Shown here: one piece after another, positions 24,921 to 36,976 of the stretch | Numbering within the stretch: position 1 is the stretch's first letter | Layout of the letters: every line of letters starts with the position of its first letter | Translations under genes and position numbers: made by a program | Assembly (NCBI RefSeq): GCF_001194135.2 | Contig: NC_068985.1 | Span: 78,370,970 to 78,434,969 of the forward strand | Length of the DNA: 64,000 nt | DNA from: Octopus bimaculoides | Taxonomy: Eukaryota | Direction: 5' to 3' | Notes under the pieces: generated by a model | The model's database searches: none | Seen by the model: only the letters and a program-made list of their open reading frames with translations | What the model was told of the DNA's origin: nothing

Positions 24921-26983
24921 ACTGTGTAACATGATTTTTATCCTTAGGTAACATGTTTCCTATTTGTGTACCCCTAGAAAATATGAAAAATGGCTATTTC
25001 CTTCAAACCTTGCTTTTGTTACAATATTTATTCAAGCCTCAAAGAATCCCTTTCAACACATGGCTATGATGCTCCCTCAGTACTCCTGCTCATGATCATA
25101 AATGTGCATATTGTCAGCCACTAAGGGACATGCTCAAGTGGTTAATGTCAAGCAACTGACAAGCAAATCTGTGGTATTGAACAGAATATTTGCTATAGCA
25201 ATATTTCTCCTTCAGCAACTCAGTACTGAATCAATCTGAAATGTAATGGAAAATAGATCAGTTTGAAAACATTGATGTTGATGTCACAAAAGCAAAGTTT
25301 GAAGGGAATGGTGGTCATTTTCATTGAATCCTAGATAGAATCAAATAAGAAATAACACTTACTGACCAAAGACAAAAAAAAATTGTTATACAGTGTTATT
25401 TATGCAATTATACCATATTTCATATTCTGTAATTTTTTTGAAAGTCCTCGTTTGAAAACACTATGTATTAATGGGGGAATAAAGCAAGTACCAACAATAA
25501 ACTGACGTTTTTTTCCTTTAATTATACAACCTCTCTCTCCCTCTTTCTTTCTCTCTAATCTACACTAGTTTCTTGCTATATGATAAAGAGAAAAACTATT
25601 TAGAAAAATCAAGAAAAAATTCTCACTGAAGAAATGACAAGGCACCAGGAGTTGTGGTGATTTGTTGTACCTGAGAAAACCTATGAAGCTAAGTAAAATC
25701 ACAATCATCCACACATACAGGTATGTCCATTGCAGGTGTGCTGGTGCCATGTAAAATGCACTCATACTGGTTGCACATAAGATGCACTTGTGCTGGTGCT
25801 GCATAAATGCACGCATGCCAGTGACATAAAAGAAGCACCCAGCATACTCTGCAAAGTGGTTGGCATTAGGAAGGACATACAGCTATAGAAACCATGCCAA
25901 AACAGACAATTGGAGTCTGGACAGTTCCCTGGCTGGCCAGCTCCTGTCAAACCATTCAACCCATGCCAGCGTGAATGATGATGATGGTGATGATCAATGC
26001 TGATAGACATATTCATTTATTGATCTTCTATGCGTGTGTATATGCATGTAAATATGTCCGGAGATGACTGCCTAGATAAGTAGGTGTGAATATGAATGCT
26101 TTCTTAGATGTGTGTGTGTATGCAAAAGTATTCAATCAAATCAGGTTAGATATGGGCTTGTGTGCCACATAGCAGCACATCACTGTATCCACCATTTATC
26201 AGTATTTGCTTGGGTCATCCTGAGCAATTCTTCAAGCAGTGTTCCAGATACTTCCTCTTCTGCCATGACCATGAAGCATGTGACAAATGCAATCCATTCA
26301 ATTAAATCCTTGGGATTTCTTGCAATAATACACAGACTTCCTTTCATTGATTACATACTCTCTTTCATTTGTAGTTTCAATCCCTGAAAACTACTCATTT
26401 CTTTGCAAATGTATTACTTGATATGCTTACTTTAGTCTACAGTCCATGTTATATTAAACTTATCACACACAGACATCTATATATTGCACTGTGTAACATG
26501 ATTTTTGTCCTTGGGTAATAATTTATTTTCTATTTGCTTACCCCTCTAGAAGGTATGAAAGATGGTTAATATTTCCTTCAAATTTTGCTTTTATTACATT
26601 TATTCAAATCCCCAAGTAATCCCTCTCAACACATGACTGTGATGCTCTCCCACTACTCCTGCGCATGATCATAAATGCACATATTGTCAGCCACTAAGGG
26701 ACATGCTCAAGTGGTTAATGTCAAGCAACTGACAAGCAAGTCTGTGGTATTGAACAGAATATTTGCTATAGCAATATTTCTCCTTCAGCAACTCAGTACT
26801 GAATCAGTCTGAAATGTAATGGAAAATAAGTCAGTTTGAAAACAATGATGTCCAGGTCACAAAAGCAAAGTTTGAAGGGAAAGTTTGTCATTTCCTTTGA
26901 TTTCTAGATAGTAGCAAAAAAGAAAATAATACTTACTGACCAAAGACAAAAACGAAATAAAAGTTTTGTTACACAGTGTTATT
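24921..26983 (+). repeat. Local direct duplication of about 480 bp (24921-25400 and 26488-26983)
   Basis: Collinear copies with a 165-bp core differing at 4 positions. Confidence 0.85.
25620..25995 (+). mobile_element. RTE 3'-end-derived fragment
   Basis: Same UTR motifs and tail. Confidence 0.7.
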
Positions 26984-27787
26984 CATCTATGAGAGTTTCC
27001 ATAGTAACAAACTGTTGCATCAAGTTAAAAAAGTAACATTTGCCTCGGAAATGGCTAGGCATGTCTTACAGAATCTGAACTGGTGACTCTTCAGTTTAAG
27101 AATGGAAGAATTAAGGCTGTGTGGTCAAAAAGTTTGCTTTTGCTTCTCAAACACACAGCTTCAGGTTCAGTCTCACTGACTGCATGGCACTTTGGGTAAG
27201 TGTCTTCTGCTATATCCCCAGGTTGACCAAAGACTAGGGAGTGGATTTCTACCATTGTGTTTGAGTGCCACAGACCAGGCTATTGTGATGTTAAGCTTGG
27301 ACATAAATATCTATGAGTTACAATGCGCCTTCATGATGGAGCATGGTAACTGCTAAGTTGCAGGAACACCAACACCATTTGTCAAGCGATGTAGTGGGAT
27401 GCAAATAGACACAAAGGCACACACAGTTGTATGATAAATACAACAGGTTTCTTTCAATTTCTGTCAACCAAATCCACTGACAAGGCTTTGGTTGGCCTGA
27501 GGCTATAGCAGAAGATGCTTGCCCAAAGTGCCAAGTAATTGGGAAGCAAGCCTCTTACCACACAGCCAGGCCTGCCCTTATATTCTAAATATATTTTAAA
27601 TAAGTTTCAATATAAACTGGTCAGCTTATTGGAATTTTTTCTTAAATCAAAAATTTAAATTGTGAAAATATTTGTTTTTAGCAAAATGACAAACTGAAAC
27701 TTTTACCTTTTTTCAATAAACTGGACAGTTTTTTTAATTTAATTAAAAATTAATATTTTGTTGTTTTTACTTCTTTTGTTATTAATT

Positions 27788-27793
27788 TTTATT
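27788..27793 (-). promoter_or_regulatory. Candidate AATAAA polyadenylation signal of the OGFr-like gene
   Basis: AATAAA on the - strand about 85 nt after the stop codon; AT-rich context, so a chance match is possible. Confidence 0.3.
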
Positions 27794-27876
27794 TTCTTCA
27801 AAACAATATCATCATCAAGGTATCTTCTGTTCTTCTGAATAATATGTGACAGTCTATAGTTCAAATTCATTATCTC

Positions 27877-28042
27877 TTATATTTTTAACCAGCTGTTAGA
27901 ATAATGATCTTTTGCATCTGCTAAAAATCCAATGTTAATAAGTTTAGTGATGAATTGTACCCATTTCTTCTGTAATCTACTGTGACCCAGACATTTCAAA
28001 GAGATCATGATTCTTGTAAAGTGTTCATAATTGTGTGGGTTC
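27877..28042 (-). CDS. OGFRL1: OGFr-like terminal coding exon (NPHNYEHFTRIMISL...NSWLKI*)
   Basis: atacag|G...TAA; 166 nt, phase 2. Confidence 0.88.
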
Positions 28043-28081
28043 CTGTATACAGCAAAGAAATACATTTGTAAAAATCTTTTG

Positions 28082-28115
<34 letters not shown>

Positions 28116-28642
28116 ACAAGATATAAATAATGGTTTTGCATATTCATTTATTCTTTCACATTTGACTTACAGCTGTTTCTGATTAGCATTATAGGTTCAC
28201 TCATTGATGTGTTTACTCAATTGGTCCATTGATCAGCTTCCAAAGCACTGACCGATGACGATAGCATTAGTTTTTTTATGTTCATTCAATTTTTCTCACC
28301 TGATCAATAGACCAATCGAGTAAACAGATTGATGAACAAACCTATAATGCTTATCAGACAGCTGTAAGACGAATTTGCAAGAATAAAGGAATATGTAAAG
28401 ACCATTGTTTATGCCTCGTCTTTTATGCTACTCTGTTCAAAGACCAATCTAACTGGAAATGCAACCATGGGTTTATAATACAGAATGATGATGAACTTAT
28501 AACCTTGATCCCTGCTGTTAGCATATGTGGAGTTCTTTACTAATCTAAGAACATATTTTGTTTGCCTGGCATATTTGTATTAACAGAGAGCTTATAAAGT
28601 ATTTTGTTTGGATTGATAATCCCTCATTAATAACTATACCCC

Positions 28643-28686
<44 letters not shown>

Positions 28687-28854
28687 GGGGTGCTGAAGAG
28701 TTCCTTGCTTTAGGAGTATCACAAAAGCCTGGTTGGAGGCCCAATTTTCCAAGTTCTTTTACAGTACTTATAAAAACTGAAGAACCAATAATTTACTGAT
28801 CTTCCTGTATTTTCTTTTACCCAAAGCCAGAAACTTTTCAGCACGCACCTCTGC

Positions 28855-28886
<32 letters not shown>

Positions 28887-31800
28887 CACACACACATATG
28901 AAGTAAAAGCAGTGCTAGTGTAATAAATATTGTTAAATACATATACTAATGTATATGCTTTGTGTATTTTCCAGTGATTGCAATGGCGTAGTGGAGTATA
29001 AAACTCTCATGTTGCCAGTGTTAAAACAACTTAGTCATGGACAGGTGAGATAACTCACCCTCAATCCCATTTGGGAGTGATGGACATCAATGTTTTGCCA
29101 TTTTTGTGGCTTGTCAGCATCATGTACTCACCTGGGTTGAAGGCATATCACCCAGCCAGTCCACGATTTATATGCTCATGGCTCATAAGATCATGAGCTG
29201 GTATGCCCAGAAATTTACATATGAAGTAAATGCAGCTCTAATGTAATAAATATTATTAAATACATAGGCTCATATTACAGAACGCTTTGTGATATCTGTT
29301 CCAGCCCTGCACTCAGAGTTCAAATTTCGCAGAGTTAACTTTGCCTTTCATCTTTGTGAGGTCAATAAATAAAACTAGTGACCCAGTACTGGTGTAGCTC
29401 TCTCTTTCTCTCTCTCTCTCTATCTCTCTCTCTCTATCTCTCTCTCTCTCTCTCTCTCGCTCTCTCGCTCTCTCTCTCACACACACACACACACACTGTC
29501 ACATCTTTGATGTTTCATTGGATCAAGGGGAGAGAACTAAGAAGCTGTCTGAGTCAACTCACCACTACTTAGACTGAATAACAGAGATGAGAGAAAAAGT
29601 GTGAGTATAAGAGGAACCAGTTGTAGTGTGCAAGAGAGAAGATATGTAATGCATATGAATAATGACAGTTAAATAAAAAAACAAATAGCAGGTGATCCTT
29701 GTGGGAAGGAATATTGGCACTCTGTCAGATATGATGATAAAGGTTCCAGTTGATTCAATCCACAGAACAGCCTACTTGTGAAATTGATGTGCAAATGGTT
29801 GAGCACTCCACATATATATGTACCCTTAACGTAGTTCTCAGGGAGATTCAGTGTGAAACAGAATGTGATAAGACTGACCAGTGCCCCTGGACTGGCTCTT
29901 GTGCGGGTGGCACATAAAATACACCATTTTGAGCGTGGCCGTTGCCAGTACCGCCTGACTGGTCTTCGTGCAGGTGACACGTAAAAGCACCCACTACACT
30001 GTCGGAGTGGTTGGCGTTAGGAAGGGCATCCAGCTGTAGAAACTCTGCCAAATCAGATTGGAGCCTGGTGTAGCCATCTAGTTTCATCAGTCCTCAGTCA
30101 AATCGTCCAATCCATGCTAACATGGAAAGCGGACGTTAAACGACGATGAGGATGATGAATGGACTGGAGCAACATGAAATAAAGTGTCTTGCTCAAGGAC
30201 ACAATGCACTACTGGTTTTCAGACTCATGATCTCACAATCGTGAGCCAAATATCCTAACCTCTAAGCCACTGAAGAAATAGTAAACAAGAAAAAAATCAG
30301 CAGAAATAGTGAAAGCCAACCAGTTCAGGAAACTGAACTTCATGAAGGAGATGACAAAGGAATACACAAGTGAAATGCTGTGTCATCAAGGACTTATCCA
30401 ACCCATGCAAACACAGAAAAGAAAACAAAAAGTACAATGGCTATGATGGCAATTCTGTGACTCCACAAAGCGCTTGTCATTGAGATACATATGGATTTAA
30501 TAGATTGTTGTTCATTTTATTGGGGTTCATAAATAACTGAACCTGGCCAATGCCAGTACCCCCACAGACTGGCTCCCATGCCGGTGGCACATAAAAAGCA
30601 CCATCTGAATGTGTTCGATGCCAGATCTGCCCAACTGGCTCCTGTGCCGGTGGCATGTAAAAAGCACCAACTGATCGTGACCAATGCCAGTACCCACTGA
30701 CTGGCCCCTGTGCTGGTGGCACATAAAAAGCACCCACTACACTCTCGGAGTGGTTGGCGTTAGGAAGGGCATCCAGCAGTAGGAACTCCGCCAGACCAGA
30801 TTGGAGCCTGGTGCAGCCACTGGATCTCCAGACCTCAAGCAAACCATCCAACCCTTACTAGCATGGAAAACGGACGTTAATCGGTGATGATGATGATGAT
30901 GTTGCTAATATACCATCCTCCCTTGTTGCAATCACTAGAGTCTATGAGAGCCTGTATAAGGTTATTTTACTAGCAAAAAATAGCAGCCAAATAGTTTTGA
31001 AATAAAACCTTACCATCTTAAACAAGGAAGAATATATTAAATAATGGTAAATAAGAGGGAATGGTCTTGGATAGAATGCCTTATGGATCAAATTGGTTAA
31101 CATGGAAGAATTAGACAACACCAATGACTGGTTTAGACACTGGAGAAATCAGACTTTCGAGAGGGCACAATATTCTAGGCTGCTCCTTGCACCCTCACCT
31201 GATAAACCATTGCATGGTATGATTGATACTTTAGTTAGGCCTTCATTGAATAGATGTGGGGAATATTTGAAACAATAAATCTAATGGTTTGTACTAAATC
31301 CCTTGATTTATTACATATGGTCCTTACATGTGGCTTAGCCCTTTAGCTTTCGCATTTCATTGTCAAATGCATTGCTTATTTATTCACATTGTTTTGAATT
31401 AATCACACATTATCTTGTAGCTTTGAGATTTCAATGATGTGATTGTTGAATTTTAGAATGACATTGTAAGACAGGTGTGAGAGGTTGGATCTGGTTAGTT
31501 TTAGCATAAAACAGGTTGAATATTTGAGCTGAATATGGCTGGATTAAGTGTTAAAGGGTTAAGGGTCTACTGTCTTAGGACTGAGCAGCAACACAATAAC
31601 CTTGTTTGTGAGATAGACAATTTATCAGAGGATCTTTTTATGCACTGCACCTATCCAATGAGAAAGCCACTACATGGTTACTCAATCTCCTAGAAGTAGC
31701 AGCTCTGAGGACTTTTCTTTCTGCTAATTCTCATCCGTTTGCCATTGTCATTACCTCCATGTAAGAAGTGTTTCTAATCTAGTAGCGTCTTTCTTCAAAC

Positions 31801-33769
31801 AGCTATCTTATGATGATACTCTCTTTCTTCTTATTTTCTTGATAAATATGATTGTAATTCCTTCAAATTTTGCATTGATCATTTTATGATTCTTAAGACA
31901 GTTTCTCATTACTTTCCCCTCCCCCATTTTCTTTTGTAACTTCCAACATACTAATTGGTTGTTTAATCCTTTACCATTTAAACTAGCCATGTCCGGCCAA
32001 AATATTCTATTTGTTTTATGCTCAAACTGGCCAAATACAGTCTCATACACTAACCCTACAATGACATACTAAAAGTAAACAATCTCAAAATCGAAATCTT
32101 GTAGCTATGAGATAATGCATGATATTCATAAAACAATGTGAAGAAATAAACATTGTATTTGACAGAATAATCTGAATGCTAAAGGGTTTTTATTTCTGTT
32201 TTATTCTTGGTTGCTTTCTGTCTTATTAGAAGTGGCAATCAATAAAAAAAAATTCTCCAAATCCCACCCTATAGTCTTAAAAGAATAGAGAAGGTCACAT
32301 TGGATAACTTAGTTCTTGATGCTCCTAAAATCTACCGGATATTCCTGACTGCGGTGTCTTGTTAATCATGGGTCTGCTTTACTCAGGGCTAAAAGATAAC
32401 AACAATTCATTTATAATTAAGCAGGAATAGACATGACCAGAGGAAGATATATTTTTAGTCAGGCCAAAAGACAACAAAAATATATAAGTAGTAAAACAAG
32501 ATAAGGCATATCTAGATGAAGACAAAATGTGGTCACGCTAATAAACAACAAATCAGAAATGAAACCGGTTGGGATTATGTCTTAGTAGAGTAACAATATA
32601 GATGGAACAAGAGATTTGTGACTCACACCTGGTCATTTGATTGATTACATACCTTTGTGATAAAAGACTTCATTTTGTTTAGTCTTAGTTTGACCTTGAA
32701 CAAAGCAATAAAATGCTGTATAGCGTGAGATAAGTGTGTAGTGGCGCGAAATTATGGCCACCATTAAGGAAGTGCAATCTACGCATGTGCAAGGGACTTG
32801 CCTTCCTGGAAGCCCCTCGAGTGCACATGCGTAGTAAAACCAGTACTTAAAGCGCTTCGCATGCTTTCTAAGCCTCTTTAGCGCAATGCTTTTGATGTGA
32901 CAGCTACTTGCTCCTTTGGCATGCCTCAATGAAGCTCTTAATATCCAGTTGCCGATAACAAGTTAACCAGCAGCTGCTAAGCTGAATAACACAGGATTTG
33001 TAAAACCAAGCATCATCAAAAATAAAACTTAATTTTTATTATGTTGTTAATTGTTCTACTGTTTCTTAATATATAATTTTGTTAAAAGGTGATAGAGAGA
33101 GACTAATGTCTCTATTGCTACTATCAACCTTTTACAAGTGCTAGATGAAACTTATGGTCATTACCAGTAGGAAAGTATTTTAACTGCACCTTTGCTCACC
33201 CCGATTCATTCGTAACAAAACACTTTTTTACATACTTTTGTAAATGACAGAATCTTTGATTAACTTCTGGAGTGAGAATGAACTGCATAGAACTTGTTAA
33301 TTGAAAGCCAAAAAAGTTTAGCATCATTCTGAAACTGCGAAGGTATCTTTTTTGGATGTTAATGTCATTTTGCATCATCTGAAAAAAAAAGAAGAAAAAT
33401 GAATATATAAATAAATAAAGTAATGGCTAGAAAATGTCGGTGATATTAGAGCAATATTTGTGTGTAAATGTGGATTTGAATGATGAATGTAAGTGAAGTG
33501 GAATAAATCTGTGTGTGACATCTGTTGGGTGATTTACTGATCAGGTCTTATACATTAAAGCCTTCTGTCATTGGACTGCAATCATGCCAGAGCACCACCC
33601 TCAATAGTTTTATTTAATCATATCAACCTTAGTACTTATTTCAGTCTGGTACTTATTTTATTAACCACAATATGAGACAATGTAGACAACATTGCTAATT
33701 TCTGTTAAGTTTGTTGTAAACGGACATGGACACAAAAAACACACACATATATACACAAAAGCATACATA

Positions 33770-33803
<34 letters not shown>

Positions 33804-34137
33804 GGCGGATGGCTCAGTGGTTAGAGCACCAAGCTTACGATCGTGAGGTTGTGAGTTTGAATCCTGGACCAGGCTGCATGTTGTGTTCTTGAGCAAGACA
33901 CTTTATTTCACGTTGCTCCAGTTCACTCAGCTGTAGAAATGAGTTGCGATGTCACAGGTGTCAAGCTGTATCGGCCCCTTTGCCTTTCCCTTGGATAGCA
34001 TTGGTGGCGTGGAGAGGGAAGGCCGGTATGCATGGGCGACTGCTGGTCTTCCATAAACAACCTTGCCCAGACTTGTGCCTGGGAGGGTAACTTTCTAGGT
34101 GCAATCCCATGGTCAGTCATGACCGAAAGGGGTCTCA

Positions 34138-34185
<48 letters not shown>

Positions 34186-35450
34186 CTTTTATGATTTATG
34201 TGTTTCAGTATTAGACTGCAGCCATACTGGAGCATACCAACCCCAGTACCTATTTTTTTTTACATTTGGTACTTATTCTGTTAGTCTCTTTTGCTGAACC
34301 ACAAAGTTACCAGGATATAATCACACCAACACTGGTTGTCAAGCAATGGTGAGGGACAAACACAGACATACAAACGCAGACATACAAAAACACACGTGTG
34401 CACACACACACAAACACACACATGCACACTCACACTCACACACACACACACATATACAGCCCAACCCATGCTAGCATGGAAAGCGGACGTTTTTTTTTTT
34501 TTTTGTTACAGTTCCCCAGTGAATTCCTCTCTCATAGCTGTTTTCATAGTTTCATACTCAAACCAGTGCAATTTTCTTAATAGCTGTTTTCACAGCTCTA
34601 TACCAACTAGGAGATGATGAAGAATCATCGTCATACGTTTTTGCAGCAATGTGAAAGATCAGTTTAATCATTAATTATCTGTGAAGATCTGTAAAATACA
34701 ATGTACATATAAATTTGACGCTGTCTTTATTTTCATGAAGCCCTGTAAAAAAAAGTGTAGCAATAAATGTTATATATAAACTGACATCAAGTTTTGTCCA
34801 TAACTACGCTACACATTCAACTGCTTTTGCAAATTGGCCCTTCAATAAAGATAGTGATAGCAGATGGTATATTTTCATTTAAGGTTTGCACAATCAGGAT
34901 TGAGCAAGGACTAAGCAACAATTTCGTTGTTGAAGCTGCCTATCAAAGATGGCTATAAGTGATTCATCATTGAGCTGGTTGATATATATTAGAAAGTGAG
35001 ATGAACAAGTAAAACATGTGGTATCACTTCAGAGCACGTAATTCATTGTTCAAACACAATTGCAGAGTAGTTATAGTAAATAAGGGATTAGTTTCGTTCC
35101 TGGGGCACAGCAATTTCACTTATTTCTTGTTCCTCAGAATATGTGTAAGCCTTTATGTATATATTTAATAACTTTTCCCATCGTTGTCAACAAGAATGTA
35201 TAAATAGATGCTTATACATTCTAATACTAGACTGAATATATTTCTAACTGCACACTTTTATTCAATTCCACATCTAAGCTACTCAACTCTCATCATTTTT
35301 ATTGCATCAGAATATACATAAACACATATAATTTGTGTGTGTGTATGTGTGTGTAGAGAGAGAGAGAGAGAGAGAAATATGTATTTATATCTGTAGACAT
35401 GTATATGTGTAGATATACATATCTACAGATACACATACAAACACATACGT

Positions 35451-35487
<37 letters not shown>

Positions 35488-36912
35488 CGCACACACACAC
35501 AGAGTCACCCACACAGTCCATCATAAGGAATGGAGTACCAATAACTATGAAAGGAATGAATTCTACTTCTTACAGAACTAAAACAAATGGGCCCAATTAA
35601 ATCGGTGCATATAGAAAGGAAAGATCCCCAGGCTACTTAACATAAGTAGATCTGCATTCGGTGATTGATGGCAACTGTTCATCACTTAACAGAAGTTAAC
35701 AGGAGTTAACAGAAGTCAGAAGAACACATGCAATGAACCCAAAGAATATTTTCCTTGCCTTAAGAGAAACACCATGGCTGCGGCGGTGGTGGCAGCAATT
35801 AATTACTTAATCTGTATATTTAAAACGTGACCAGCTCATTTTCTCATATATCAGAAACTAAGCTGCATTGTCTAGTATACCCAGCATTATTCAAACCGGT
35901 AGAGTTTTATTTGAGCTAACTTTATTATGTAAAAAATGTTAATTTCCTTACTTACACGAGATTCATAAGAAGTGAGTGGTGAAGAATATTTGTGAGGTGT
36001 TGTATCTTCTGGAGTCGGAAATAACCTGCAATAGTAACAACACAAAGGAATTGTGGCTGTGTCAGAAGCATTGTTCTTTGTTGCAATACTTTCTGAACAA
36101 AGATCTGATCACTTTAGAAATTGAATACAACACATCATATTCCCTAATCTCAATAATACTAAAACTCTAGAGATGTTTGTGTGTACCCGAAATATTTCAG
36201 AAATAGTATATTTTATCTTAATTTTATTTTGCATATTTATTTTCATACTTACCTTCAGCAGTGCAGTACAAATTTTTGTGATATTTGGACCTCTATTTAA
36301 ATGATTAAACACAATTTTTGTTTGTTATTTCTTGACGAAAAATAAAGCATGGCTTCCATGACGTCAACCACATACACACATACAGAATACACACACATAT
36401 AATGAATGTCATGGCGTGTCAATCAACACAAATACACGTATGCTATCTGTAACATATACACACACATAGTCTTTATGCAATCTAAGAAAAAAAGTCGACT
36501 TTTTGACGTACACAATATTTTAATCATTCAGAAATATTTTTAACTGAATGTGATTTCATAATCCGGAGTTCGTTAATTTCCATAAAAAATTTTTATTTAT
36601 TTACTTTTGTTTTAAAGTGAAAGAGAAGAGAAAGTGAAAGAGAAGAGAAAGTGAAAGAGAAGAGAAAGTGAAAGAGAAGAGAAAGTGAAAGAGAAGAGAA
36701 AGTGAAAGAGAAGAGAAAGTGAAAGAGAAGAGAAAGTGAAAGATGTATGAGCGTGTATATGAAATGGACGTGTGTGTGTGTGAAAGAGAGAGAGAGGGGG
36801 GAGTAGAAGAGAGAGAAAAAGAGAGAGAGTGAGTGAAAGGGTGTGTTGTCATGTATACGTATATATATACGTACATACATCAATACATACTTGTACATCT
36901 TTTTGTATTTGT

Positions 36913-36976
<64 letters not shown>

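Noticed and set aside
30569-30734. CRISPR-like pattern: three 34-bp repeats separated by two 32-bp spacers
   Set aside because: The spacers resemble each other and the flank (ATGCCAG core), the repeats vary, there are no cas genes, and it lies in an RTE 3' UTR of a eukaryote. It is a 66-bp tandem unit.
35765-35815. GC-rich CCATGG with Kozak-like context on both strands
   Set aside because: Both frames close within about 20 codons and have no splice or homology support.
36252-36291. Minus-strand 40-nt segment with AG/GTAAGT borders, preceded by FNHLNR (OGFr-like words)
   Set aside because: It is out of order relative to the OGFr domain and would shift the frame between exons that already join in phase.
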